The position numbers and the translations under genes are program-made. This document shows positions 47,376-56,640 of a DNA stretch of 64,000 nucleotides, piece by piece. The DNA is taken from NCBI GenBank assembly GCA_013151415.1, contig JAADII010000196.1, positions 1,969-65,968 of the forward strand. Direction: 5' to 3'. Origin of the DNA: Chloroflexota bacterium (lineage in GTDB: Bacteria > Chloroflexota > Anaerolineae > J102). Position 1 is the first letter of the stretch; every line of letters starts with the position of its first letter. The notes under the pieces are model-generated. The model saw nothing but the letters and a program-made list of their open reading frames with translations. It was not told where the DNA came from and did no database searches.

Positions 47376-49856
47376 TTATTGATAGACGCCCTCATAAGGA
47401 ACCGGCGCGCTGGTCGCGATTCCCCAATAAGGATTGTATCCCAGCTCGGCGAAGATAAACCAGGACGTTGCGCCGATATGAAGACGGTTGTAATAGTTCC
47501 AAGGCCCGCCGGTGGGTAGATCGAAGCCGGTGCTCAGGCCATCCTGACTCGCGGCCACAATGCCGTAGCCGTCGGCATGAGGGGCCAGGGTTTGCGCTCG
47601 ACGCACCTCGGCCAGAAACTCGTCGGCTTCGTAATTTTGTCCCACCACTTGCAGCGCGGTCACCATCTGCGAGGTCCCTTCGAACCAGACGCCATCTTGG
47701 TCATCGTTGAAGTCGAACCCCCGGAAGGCCATGCCATTGGTGTTGTCTCGCGTTTGGTGGTGCACGCGCGAGTAGGTGAGCGAACGACCGTACTTATCTG
47801 CTTCGCCCATGCTCAACACGCCCCAAGTATTGACATCGAGAGGAAACGCATCTTGGTTGATGGTGACGCCGTCGGGTGCGGTTCCGGTGTAGAAATAGCC
47901 GTCCTGATCGTTCCACATTGCGGCGACAAAATTCTTGGCGTGCATCGCGCGCGTGCGCCACGTCGAGTCGCCGGTGAGTTCGTAGAGCTTCATGAACGCC
48001 ACATAGACATCGATGTTGTGCTCTGTGGATTTGTATGTCAACACCTCTTGATGAGGCTCCCAGCCCGCCACGCCGCCGGTGTAACCGCCGGGTCCGGTGA
48101 CGCTGTATGTGTTGTCAACGATCCATTGGGCCATGGAGGATGCAGCGTCGAGATACTTCTGGCCGCCGTACGTCTCGTAATAACGCAACAACGCCAGGAT
48201 GGTCCAGGCTGCGTTGCCTGTGGTCGTGCCGTTGCCATACTTGTCGTAATTATGTCGCGCCACGCCTGTGTTGGTGCTGAGTTCGCGCGCGTAATAGGTG
48301 TTGCGAATGCGCCCGTCATTGGCTTCATCGCGCTCTTGGGCGAAAATCAGGCTATCGGCCAGGAGCTGCGCCCGCCCTGCATCGGATGGATCGCCGCCGG
48401 CGAGAAAGGCCAGAAGGACAAGCGCGTTGTCATAAGTGTGCGCTACGTCCATCATAAACGAATCGGGATCGAACGGGGGCGGCAGGAAGTCTTCTTGCAA
48501 AGCCGGATCAGTGGACGCGTTGATAAAGCGGATGTCGTCGAGATAGAACGTGGCGCCGTTGGGATTGTTCGCCTTCGTTGCGGTCCAGGCGAAACCGCCG
48601 ATCACCTGAGAAAGATCATGGTTCGATAGATCGATGATATATTCTTGCCAGGCATTGCTCAGCGTGACCACGCCGGTGGACGCCGCGGGTTGAATCGAAT
48701 CGGGATAAGGTCCTTGAATCCCGCCAACGAGAAACTCGATCTTTTCCCCGCCGACCGCGCCTTTGGCCCAGAAAGAGAGGCGATCCGCGCCATCCAGATC
48801 AAAGCCGCCGGTGCGGTCGCCCCAGTTATAGGCGGGCGATTGCCAATAAACGCCGGCCCACTGTTGCCCCTGACTGGCATTGGCCGAATAATCGATGCGA
48901 ATGGCCGAATCGCCGCTGCGAGGCGCGGACGCGTCGTACGCGTCGAAGCTGATGTCGCCATAATCGCCCATCCAGCCCGTATCGTGATAAATATTGTAGA
49001 TGGAGGCGCCGTCTTTATAAACATAAGCATATCGATAGGCGTCCATGGGCCGCGGCGGCGTCCAATTGGCGTCCACCGTATAACTCTCCAAAAGTCGCAA
49101 CTTATTCGTGTAGTGTTCGAAGCGAATGTCGTCGAGATAGATGGTGGCGCCATTGGGGTTTTGGTTTTGATTGGTCACCCAGACGAAACCTCCGATCACA
49201 TAGCTCAGATCCTTTCCCGTCAGGTCGATGGTGTATTGTTGCCAATTCGATGATAGCGTGATCACGCCGGTGGTCACCTCGGGTTGAATCGAATCGGGAT
49301 AAGGGCCGCCGATCCCTCCCACCTTGAATTCCGCTTTTTCACCGCCCTGCGCGCCTCTGGCCCAAAAAGTGACCGATGTCGCGCCGGTCAAATCGAATCC
49401 GGCATTGGGGATATTGCCCCAGTTGTTGGCGGGTTCTTGCCAATAGATGCCGGCCCATCCCTGACTTCCGGCGGCCGCGTAATCGATACGGATCGCGGTC
49501 GCTCCGGTGTGTGGATTCGTGACATCATCATCGCTGAATGTGATATCGCCGACATCGCCCATCCAGCCGGAGGGCGTGAAGTGATTGCCTATGGCATATT
49601 GCTCACTGTATATGTCGAAAGTGAGATAGCGATCCATAACCTGGCGGAGATGGGTGAGCGCATTGTTTGCGTGCGAGTTCGAAAGGGCTTGGGTGTTGGT
49701 GGTTGCCGACGCTCCTCCATACTCGACCGGAAGCGCTCGCACGCGGTGATTCGAGAGACCGAAGAGCAGAATCAGGACCGCAACCAGGCCAATGGATAGA
49801 AAGAAGAGACGGTTTGTATATTGTGGGTGCATGTTCAAGGTCTCCAGGCATGTCAT
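47376..49856 (-). CDS. Secreted protein with two tandem CBM-like (GWMGD) domains and a C-terminal putative (alpha/alpha)-barrel glycosidase-like domain; start may be 49832
   Basis: Signal peptide; two ~165-aa repeats (GWMGD.GDI.F ... WAG.YWQ.P..NWG ... GPYPDSIQP ... NPNGAT.YLDDIRF); helical C-domain with YDNAL, KSTEHNID, WFEGT. Confidence 0.7.
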   Translation of the reverse strand: MTCLETLNMHPQYTNRLFFLSIGLVAVLILLFGLSNHRVRALPVEYGGASATTNTQALSNSHANNALTHLRQVMDRYLTFDIYSEQYAIGNHFTPSGWMGDVGDITFSDDDVTNPHTGATAIRIDYAAAGSQGWAGIYWQEPANNWGNIPNAGFDLTGATSVTFWARGAQGGEKAEFKVGGIGGPYPDSIQPEVTTGVITLSSNWQQYTIDLTGKDLSYVIGGFVWVTNQNQNPNGATIYLDDIRFEHYTNKLRLLESYTVDANWTPPRPMDAYRYAYVYKDGASIYNIYHDTGWMGDYGDISFDAYDASAPRSGDSAIRIDYSANASQGQQWAGVYWQSPAYNWGDRTGGFDLDGADRLSFWAKGAVGGEKIEFLVGGIQGPYPDSIQPAASTGVVTLSNAWQEYIIDLSNHDLSQVIGGFAWTATKANNPNGATFYLDDIRFINASTDPALQEDFLPPPFDPDSFMMDVAHTYDNALVLLAFLAGGDPSDAGRAQLLADSLIFAQERDEANDGRIRNTYYARELSTNTGVARHNYDKYGNGTTTGNAAWTILALLRYYETYGGQKYLDAASSMAQWIVDNTYSVTGPGGYTGGVAGWEPHQEVLTYKSTEHNIDVYVAFMKLYELTGDSTWRTRAMHAKNFVAAMWNDQDGYFYTGTAPDGVTINQDAFPLDVNTWGVLSMGEADKYGRSLTYSRVHHQTRDNTNGMAFRGFDFNDDQDGVWFEGTSQMVTALQVVGQNYEADEFLAEVRRAQTLAPHADGYGIVAASQDGLSTGFDLPTGGPWNYYNRLHIGATSWFIFAELGYNPYWGIATSAPVPYEGVYQ

Positions 49857-49885
49857 TCGGGGATGGGAGCGCTCCCATCCCCGAA
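49856..49885. promoter_or_regulatory. Perfect 30-bp palindrome with a central CelR/CebR-type operator
   Basis: TTCGGGGATGGGAGC|GCTCCCATCCCCGAA; core TGGGAGCGCTCCCA at 49864-49877. Confidence 0.85.
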
Positions 49886-49894
49886 CAAAAAAAG

Positions 49895-51379
49895 CTATTG
49901 CGAAGCGTAGGAGGCCGTGGCCAAAAGTGCATTCACCTCTTCCGCGGCCTGGTTCAGTCGCTCCGGAATCATGGTCTCGGGATCGAAGGGGCCGTTCACG
50001 CCCGCGACGTCATCCCACAGCGCGCCCAGGTGCTTCACCATGGCCGATTCGATGGGGCCCCAGGCCGCAATGGCCGGGTAGGATTTTCCGTTGGCCACAG
50101 CTTGCACGAAAACGCCATATCGGGGATCATCACTAAAGACCGGGTCGGCCAGGGCCTCTTTGTTGGCCGGAATCATGCCGATGTTGGCGCTGTAGCGCAC
50201 CTGGGACTCCCGGGAAGCCAGGTATTGCACGAACATGACGGCTTCCTTGGGATATTTGCTGCTTTGCCATACGGTGAGATTGGAGCCTCCCACAAAGGTG
50301 AAGCGCCCCGCCGGCCCGGCCGGGATTTCATGCACGGCCAGATTGTTGGCCGCATCGGTTCCCGCAAAACCGCCCTGATCCGAGGGCGTCTCCGAGTTCT
50401 TCACCAGCCAGGGGCCAGAGATGACCATGGCCACCTTGCCCTCGCCATAAAGCCCGTCCACCTGCGCGCTGTTCAGCTCCAATGCATCGGAGGGGGTGTA
50501 GCCTTTGGTGTAAAGGCTGGTGTAGAATTGCACGCCCTCGATGGCCTCGGGGCTGTTGAACGCGGCCGCGGTGTTGCCGGGGTTGAGCATGTCGCCGCCC
50601 GCTTCCCACACCCAGGGCGCGAAGTTGTGCAACACGTTCCAATCGTTTTTACCGGGAAAGGCGATGGGCGCCAGGTCGGGGTTCTTTTCCTTGAGAGTGG
50701 CCAAAGCCTGATCGAAGCTTTCCCAGGTGGCGAAGGCCTCGTCGGGATTCAGCCCCGCCTGCTCCAGCGCGTCGGCCCGATAGACGATGGCGCGGGTGTC
50801 CACGAACCAGGGTAGGGCCGTGGTGAAGCCGCTGCCGATGGGGTTGGCGGTCTGCCAGGACGCGTCCACGAACGCGTCGCCCCCGCCGACCGCGGCGATC
50901 TCATCGGCCGTGAAGGGCCGCAGCGCGCCCATGGCGCTGATGGCCGCGACCCAAGTCGTGCCCAGTTGCGAGATGTCGGGGCCTTCGCCGCTGGTGGCCG
51001 CGGTGGTGATCTTGGACCAGGCCGCGCCCCAATCGATGACCTCAACCTCCACGGTGATGTTGGGGTGCAAGGCGTTGAACGCGTCGGCCTCCTGCTGCAT
51101 GATCTCCAATGGTTGGGGGCCGTTGGGCATGATCCACATTTTCAGGGTCACCGGCTCGGCCGGCGCGGGCGTTGGCGTGACCACCACCTCTTTTTCCACC
51201 ACTTTGGTCACCTCGACTTGCTTCTCCACCACCTTGGTGACCTCTTTTTCCACGATTTTGGTCACCTCGACGGTCTGCACCTCGGGCGTGGGGGCCGGCG
51301 CGGCGCACGCCGCGAGGAAGATCAACAAACTCACACCAATGAGAGCGGCGAAAACGCCGCGATGTCTGCGAAACATCAT
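49895..51379 (-). CDS. Sugar ABC transporter substrate-binding lipoprotein (family 1)
   Basis: Lipobox LAAC, VEVTKVVEK repeats, GPDISQLGTTW, LPWFVDTRA, FVGGSNL; SD AGGAGGAG. Confidence 0.9.
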   Translation of the reverse strand: MMFRRHRGVFAALIGVSLLIFLAACAAPAPTPEVQTVEVTKIVEKEVTKVVEKQVEVTKVVEKEVVVTPTPAPAEPVTLKMWIMPNGPQPLEIMQQEADAFNALHPNITVEVEVIDWGAAWSKITTAATSGEGPDISQLGTTWVAAISAMGALRPFTADEIAAVGGGDAFVDASWQTANPIGSGFTTALPWFVDTRAIVYRADALEQAGLNPDEAFATWESFDQALATLKEKNPDLAPIAFPGKNDWNVLHNFAPWVWEAGGDMLNPGNTAAAFNSPEAIEGVQFYTSLYTKGYTPSDALELNSAQVDGLYGEGKVAMVISGPWLVKNSETPSDQGGFAGTDAANNLAVHEIPAGPAGRFTFVGGSNLTVWQSSKYPKEAVMFVQYLASRESQVRYSANIGMIPANKEALADPVFSDDPRYGVFVQAVANGKSYPAIAAWGPIESAMVKHLGALWDDVAGVNGPFDPETMIPERLNQAAEEVNALLATASYASQ

Positions 51380-51480
51380 GTCTCCTCCTTGTTGGAGAGG
51401 AAAGGCGGAACATCGTTCAAAGGGATGTCGTTCTTTGAAACCAAAGGCTTTCTCCACATTTCACGACATAGGCGACCTCC

Positions 51481-52503
51481 TTACATGACAGAGCCGCATG
51501 AGGCTCGGATGACCAGCTCGGTGGGCAGGATCGCTCGCAATGGCGCTTGCGTTCGTCCTTCCAGAATGCGGAAGAGCAGCTCCGCGGCCGTGCGCCCTAG
51601 TTTGTAGATGGGTTGGCGCACGGTGGTGAGGGGCGGCGTGCTGTAGGCCGCGACCTGGGCGTCGTCGAAGCCGACTACCGCAATATCGGCCGGCACGCGC
51701 AGCTCGGCTTCGTAGATCGCGCGCAGCGCGCCGATGGCCATCAGATCATTGGCCGCAAACACCGCGTCCGGCTTTTGTTGCAACAACTGCTGCATGGCCA
51801 GATAGCCGCCCGCTTCGGTGAAATCCCCCTCGGCTATCAGTGTTTCGTCCACCACATGGCCGTTGCGGCGCAGCGCGGCCTTCCACCCCTCGAGACGATC
51901 CACGCCCGCCACCATGTTCATGGGCCCGGTGATGGTGGCGATGCGACGCCGTCCCAGCCGCATGAGGTGCTCCACGGCCATCAACGCGCCGTGCAGATTG
52001 TCCACATCCACGTAATTCACTTCGGGGATGGTGGGATGACGGCCAATGACCACAAATGGGATGTCGTCGCGATGAAGCCGCGGGATCAGCGCGTCGTCGA
52101 GAAACGCGGAGATGATGACCACGCCCTCCAGCATCTGGCTGCGCAGAGAGCGGCGATAAAAATCATCTTCCTGATGAGGCGGCACCATGGCCAGGAACAT
52201 ATGATATTGCTGCTCGTTGGCCGCGTCCGCGATGCCGTGAAGCACGCGCGAGAAATAGGGGTCGGAGAAAACCGTGTTCACGGCCTGGGGGATGACGATG
52301 CCCAGAGTCTTGGTGCGACGGCCGGCCAGGCTGCGGGCCGCGGCGTGGGGATGATAGCCCATCTCTTTCACGACGCGCCATACGCGCTCGCGCACCGCAT
52401 CGCTGACATTGGGTTCATCGTTGATGACGCGCGAGACGGTGGAGCGCGACACGCCGGCCGCTTTGGCGATTTGTTCGAGGGTGGGGGTGTTGGATGGGGT
52501 CAT
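51481..52503 (-). CDS. LacI-family transcriptional regulator (CelR-like)
   Basis: PTLEQIAKAAGVSRSTVSRVIN...GYHPHAAARSL, VDVDN, EGDFT, FAANDLMA, VVGFDD, PLTTVRQP. Confidence 0.93.
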   Translation of the reverse strand: MTPSNTPTLEQIAKAAGVSRSTVSRVINDEPNVSDAVRERVWRVVKEMGYHPHAAARSLAGRRTKTLGIVIPQAVNTVFSDPYFSRVLHGIADAANEQQYHMFLAMVPPHQEDDFYRRSLRSQMLEGVVIISAFLDDALIPRLHRDDIPFVVIGRHPTIPEVNYVDVDNLHGALMAVEHLMRLGRRRIATITGPMNMVAGVDRLEGWKAALRRNGHVVDETLIAEGDFTEAGGYLAMQQLLQQKPDAVFAANDLMAIGALRAIYEAELRVPADIAVVGFDDAQVAAYSTPPLTTVRQPIYKLGRTAAELLFRILEGRTQAPLRAILPTELVIRASCGSVM

Positions 52504-52517
52504 GATCGCTCCTTGTG

Positions 52518-52531
52518 TGAGAGCGCTCTCA
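52518..52531. promoter_or_regulatory. LacI-type operator variant directly upstream of the regulator's start
   Basis: Perfect 14-bp palindrome TGAGAGCGCTCTCA. Confidence 0.8.
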
Positions 52532-52635
52532 GATAGCTACGATGAAAAGAACGTGATTTTGCTGGAACTATCCCATTTATGGCGCTTGATCGCATGCAAA
52601 CCACTATGTTTGCGAGCTTCTATCGGCCAAAATGT

Positions 52636-52678
52636 CTGGGAGCGCTCCCAGTATAGCACGCGAAAAAGCCCCTGTCAA
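52636..52678 (-). promoter_or_regulatory. Sigma70 promoter with overlapping CelR/CebR-type operator
   Basis: Minus strand TTGACA (52678-52673), 17 nt, TATACT (52655-52650), overlapping by 1 nt the palindrome CTGGGAGCGCTCCCAG (52636-52651), which covers the expected start site. Confidence 0.88.
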
Positions 52679-52708
52679 CCCCTTTTCTCCCCGCCCCCGG
52701 ATTTTTCC

Positions 52709-53962
52709 TCACATTCGCGCTTCGTTCACCTCGCGCACAATCTCGGCCGCGTCTTGCAAGAGCAGCCGTTGCTCCTCTTTTGGCGTCCCCGACACCTGAA
52801 AATAGCGCTCCAACAGTTCCAGCGGCGACATGGCCTCCACATTCACCGCGCCCAGTCGGCTGCGTTCGGCCCAATCGATCTCCTTGCTAATCCCGCCCAC
52901 GATGTAAGCTTCGGCCAGCCTGGCGCGAATCGCCCGCTCCTTGAGCAAAGGCGCCTGGTCCGCGCGCAAGCGCAGACGCACGCGCACCACCGCGTCGCGC
53001 ACGTCGCGACGCTCGATGGCCTCGAGCACGGCCGCGGTGGGGTCCGCGCTCTTGCGGCAATCGCAATCGATGGTCACAAAGCGTCGGGCCTGGCGATGAT
53101 GGCCGGGGATGAATTCGTAATCCGCGCGGCCCCGCTCCAATTCCACCAGCACCCAGCCCTTTGGCTCCTTTTCCTCGCCAAAATCGATGCGCTCGATGCT
53201 GCCGCTGTAGACCACGGGCGGATGCGCGGCCTCGTTCAAGTCCTGGTGCTTGTGAATGTGGCCCAGCGCCACGTAATCCCAGGCCGAATCCACCAACACC
53301 GAACGCGGAACCAGCACATCGCGGCCCACCATGATGCTGCGCTCCGAGCTGACCTTGGCGTCGGTGACCGAAAAATGGCCCACGAGAATGGTGGGCAGGC
53401 CGGGATTTTGGCGGGCGCGGTCGGCCAGCGCGCGAATGGTCTCGGCCATTTTGTCCGTCACCAAATGGTCGAGCTCTTCCAGGCTGGTTCCCCGATACTC
53501 GCTCTTGCTCACCATTTCGGAGATGATGGGATAGGGCGCGGCCGCGATCTGCAGAGGTCTCCCGCGCCGCGTTTCGATGGTCGCCACATCCTCCCGGTCG
53601 AGCACATAGACATTGGGCACGCGCAGGGTGTCGAATATCTCGATGGACGAAGCGCGGCTGGCCGACGCGGGGAGATCGTGGTTGCCGGGCAGGAGGATGA
53701 CCGGGACGCCGCGATCGGCCAGTTCCTTGATGCGCCAGGCGAACTCGCGACGGTAGGTGGAGTTGGGGTCGCGATTTTTGTACGCGTCGCCCGCAAACAC
53801 GACGACATCCACCTCGCGGTCGATGGCGAACTCCACCAGATCGGATAGTCGCCGCAGATAATCCATCACCCGGCCGTTCAATCCCGTGGCCGGATCAATA
53901 TGACCGTATCGTTCCATGCCGATATGTAGATCGGCAAAGTGGAGTAGACGAATGGGATCCAT
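52709..53962 (-). CDS. sbcD: SbcD/Mre11-family nuclease
   Basis: Metallophosphoesterase motifs HFADLHIG, FAGD, PGNHD, VGHF, ALGHIH; YSGSIERIDFGE. Confidence 0.92.
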   Translation of the reverse strand: MDPIRLLHFADLHIGMERYGHIDPATGLNGRVMDYLRRLSDLVEFAIDREVDVVVFAGDAYKNRDPNSTYRREFAWRIKELADRGVPVILLPGNHDLPASASRASSIEIFDTLRVPNVYVLDREDVATIETRRGRPLQIAAAPYPIISEMVSKSEYRGTSLEELDHLVTDKMAETIRALADRARQNPGLPTILVGHFSVTDAKVSSERSIMVGRDVLVPRSVLVDSAWDYVALGHIHKHQDLNEAAHPPVVYSGSIERIDFGEEKEPKGWVLVELERGRADYEFIPGHHRQARRFVTIDCDCRKSADPTAAVLEAIERRDVRDAVVRVRLRLRADQAPLLKERAIRARLAEAYIVGGISKEIDWAERSRLGAVNVEAMSPLELLERYFQVSGTPKEEQRLLLQDAAEIVREVNEARM

Positions 53963-54023
53963 ATGTTTATTCCAGGACTGTGGCGTCGAAGTTGAGGGTT
54001 ACTCCCGCTTTTAGCTCCAATTA

Positions 54024-54365
54024 TCAGTTTAGATCGTCAAGAATGTCCTCGATTTGCTGATGCAGGACAGGAATTTTATTGACTATGACATCCCATACAA
54101 TGTCATTGTCAACCGCGAAATAGCCATGTATCAGACGATCGCGCATCCCGGCGATCACGCGCCAGTCAACTTCATCATACTGTTCGCGCACCTCAGCGGG
54201 TATTTGCTTGACGGCTTCCCCAATAATCTCTAAGCTTCGCACAAACGCTCGCTTCAAAGTGTCATCGTACAAGAATGCCTCTTTACTCAATCCCTCGCTT
54301 TCGCGAAGCAAATAGTCGGTTTCATCCAGAATATGTCGAAGATATTCAATCGGTGAACGAGACAT
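54024..54365 (-). CDS. HEPN/DUF86 ribonuclease toxin (HepT-like)
   Basis: [21 protein letters not shown] (R-X4-H-X-Y). Confidence 0.9.
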   Translation of the reverse strand: MSRSPIEYLRHILDETDYLLRESEGLSKEAFLYDDTLKRAFVRSLEIIGEAVKQIPAEVREQYDEVDWRVIAGMRDRLIHGYFAVDNDIVWDVIVNKIPVLHQQIEDILDDLN

Positions 54366-54681
54366 ATTCCACCTCGGCCAAAATATGAGGGCCAATGTAA
54401 GGACTCAGGGCTTCGGGAGTCACCAGCTCGACAGGATGACGAAAAAGGGCTTCCAGATAGTCGCCCAGCCCTACGAGATTATCCAGGTTCTTTCGTTCTG
54501 GCTCGAATTCGACCAGGATATCGATGTCGCTCCCCTCCCGTGCTTCATTTCGCACAAAAGAGCCGAACAGACCCAGCCTGCGCACGCCGAACGCCCGGAT
54601 TTCAGGCCCATGCGCTTGCAGTAAGGCGATAATGTTTGTTTTGGAAAGCGGGGGTGAGATGGTTGGAGAAGAAATGTCCAT
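54346..54681 (-). CDS. Minimal nucleotidyltransferase antitoxin (MntA-like)
   Basis: [20 protein letters not shown] (GS-X10-DXD); overlaps the HEPN gene. Confidence 0.9.
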   Translation of the reverse strand: MDISSPTISPPLSKTNIIALLQAHGPEIRAFGVRRLGLFGSFVRNEAREGSDIDILVEFEPERKNLDNLVGLGDYLEALFRHPVELVTPEALSPYIGPHILAEVEYVSFTD

Positions 54682-54706
54682 CTGAATTCACATTTCACAC
54701 TATTTT

Positions 54707-54776
54707 TGACGCGAATTGAGCGAATTTGACGAGTTTTTCCTTGCTTTTTTCGTGAAATTCGTGTTCATTCGCGTCA
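54707..54776. repeat. Long imperfect palindrome of CGAAT/ATTCG units between herA and the TA pair
   Basis: TGACGCGAAT-TGAGCGAATTTGACGAG ... TTCGTGAAATTCGTGTTC-ATTCGCGTCA; the terminal 10 bp are perfectly inverted. Confidence 0.7.
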
Positions 54777-54846
54777 GGATATAAAAGACGTTGGCGTTCA
54801 GTGTTTTGTGTTTTGGCTCATAGCCCACGCGACGCCGGATTCCGCG

Positions 54847-56640
54847 TCAAGTCAGGCGCTTTCGGCGAGGGCCGCGCAGGTCTTCGATGTTGCGGGCCGC
54901 GCGGGCCTGGAGGTCGTCGCCCTCCAAATAACCCATGGCGCGATAGAAATCCATGTCATAACGTCGCGTTTGCACCACCACGGGCATGGGCGTGGCATGA
55001 CCCAGAATTAAAGCCTGCTCCTTGCTATCCAGCCGGGCCAGCACCTGGCGCAATTCCTGCGCGCCGCTCACGCCCATGAACACGGCGCGAATGTCTTCCT
55101 CGTTGTCCAGGGCCAGGGTCACGCGCGTGCCGATCTGCGACATGACTTCGCTGTCGATGCCGCTGGGCCGTTGATCGACAATGAACAGGGTGACGTTGTA
55201 TTTGCGCAGCTCGCGAGCGATGACGCCGAAAATGGTCTCCGCGGCGATGGCCGGCTCTAAAAACTTGTGCGCCTCCTCGATGGTGATGACCAGCGGCTTG
55301 GGCTCCGCGCCCTTTTCGCCAAACGCCTGCTCTTTCAGCTCGACATAACGGCGATGAATGCGTCGCGTGAGGAAGTTGGCCACCAGCAAATACGCGCCCA
55401 GGTCGTTGCCGTAGCGACCGAATTCCAACACCACATGCCGGTTGCGCTGCAAGTGCTCCAAAATCCGCTGCACCGAATCCTCGATCGCGTCTTCACGGAT
55501 GAATTCGTAGCGTTCGAAACGGGCCAGTTTTCGTCGCAACGCGGCCAGGGTTTGTTGGGGCTGGCCCATCTCCTCCGCGAAGACCTTGGTCGCGTTGAGC
55601 TTCTTGCCCGTCTCCTCGTCCACGCCGCCGTAGTTGGTCTCGAGCCACTCGTCATCCAAAAAATGTTGCAGCCAGCGTCGCCCCAGGCGTCGTCGCATGG
55701 CATACATGGCCCCGATCTGCGCGTCGCTGAGATTGAGCACCCCGGCCAGCATCTCCACATCCTCCGGTTCGATGTGCTCGTAGCCGATGAACACGGTGAA
55801 ATCGGGATTCGACCCGCGACGGCGGCTGCTCTCATCATCCAGCGTGAAGATGTCCACGCGGCCGGGGAAGATCTGCTTGAGGCCCTTGACGCGACCGCTC
55901 GCGTGCTCGGCCGTTCCCTCCCAGCCATATTCGTTGTGCATGTCGAAGATGAGATTCACGGCCACATCGTGCTTGATCACGCCCGCGAGCAAAAGTCGGC
56001 TGAGGAATGTTTTGCCCGTGCCCGATTTGCCGAACACGCCCGACGAACGCTCGACCAGTCGCTCCAGGTTGAGCGTGATCTTCACGTTTTCCATGTCCAG
56101 CGGTTCGCCGATGTGGAAGTAATGGGCAGTGCGGCCTTCTTCATCCGCTCGTTCGCCCTCTTCGCCGAACACATAGGCCACTTCCTGTGCGCTGGCCGTG
56201 GTCACGGGCGCATAGTGGCCGGGGATGGTCTTGACGGGGCGGGGGATGAGTTCGTCTTCGTCCAGAACCAGCAAAGGCGAGATGTGGATGCGACCGAACA
56301 CGCTCGCGCCCAAATGGACTTCGCGCAAGAAAGGGTTGCTAAAATCGGGCGGGCTTTTCTCGAACGCGGGGTTCGCGCTATCCAGGGCGATGTCGGTGAT
56401 CATGCCGAAGAAGATGCGTCCCGCGGAGCGGATGACCACATAACGGCCCACGGCCAGGTCTTCCAACGCGCGGTCGCGGTCCAGCTTCACTTCCAGCCCC
56501 GCGCTGAGCGCGCCCGACACCACCTTGCCCAGCCGTCGGCTCGCGTCCTCGCCCAAAGACGCGCCCCGCGCTTCGGTGTTTTCAGCCCGACTCAGTTCGA
56601 GCAATGCTTCGCCGTGCAACTCGTTCATCGTGTTGGTCAT
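54847..56640 (-). CDS. herA: HerA-like FtsK/HerA ATPase (HAS barrel + DUF87)
   Basis: N-terminal beta-barrel (LGKVVSG..VGRYVVI..FFGMITDI), Walker A GKSGTGKT, FDMHNEY, Walker B IEEAHKF, ARELRKY, DQRPS. Confidence 0.85.
   Translation of the reverse strand: MTNTMNELHGEALLELSRAENTEARGASLGEDASRRLGKVVSGALSAGLEVKLDRDRALEDLAVGRYVVIRSAGRIFFGMITDIALDSANPAFEKSPPDFSNPFLREVHLGASVFGRIHISPLLVLDEDELIPRPVKTIPGHYAPVTTASAQEVAYVFGEEGERADEEGRTAHYFHIGEPLDMENVKITLNLERLVERSSGVFGKSGTGKTFLSRLLLAGVIKHDVAVNLIFDMHNEYGWEGTAEHASGRVKGLKQIFPGRVDIFTLDDESSRRRGSNPDFTVFIGYEHIEPEDVEMLAGVLNLSDAQIGAMYAMRRRLGRRWLQHFLDDEWLETNYGGVDEETGKKLNATKVFAEEMGQPQQTLAALRRKLARFERYEFIREDAIEDSVQRILEHLQRNRHVVLEFGRYGNDLGAYLLVANFLTRRIHRRYVELKEQAFGEKGAEPKPLVITIEEAHKFLEPAIAAETIFGVIARELRKYNVTLFIVDQRPSGIDSEVMSQIGTRVTLALDNEEDIRAVFMGVSGAQELRQVLARLDSKEQALILGHATPMPVVVQTRRYDMDFYRAMGYLEGDDLQARAARNIEDLRGPRRKRLT

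Noticed and set aside
47577-50815. Several long plus-strand ORFs over the sugar operon
   Set aside because: Shadows of the minus-strand genes, with no SD or recognisable domains.
54847-56640. Calling HerA part of a known Sir2-HerA or nuclease-HerA defence system
   Set aside because: No Sir2 or DUF4297-like partner is adjacent; the Mre11 neighbour favours a repair-type context. Kept only as an open question in findings.
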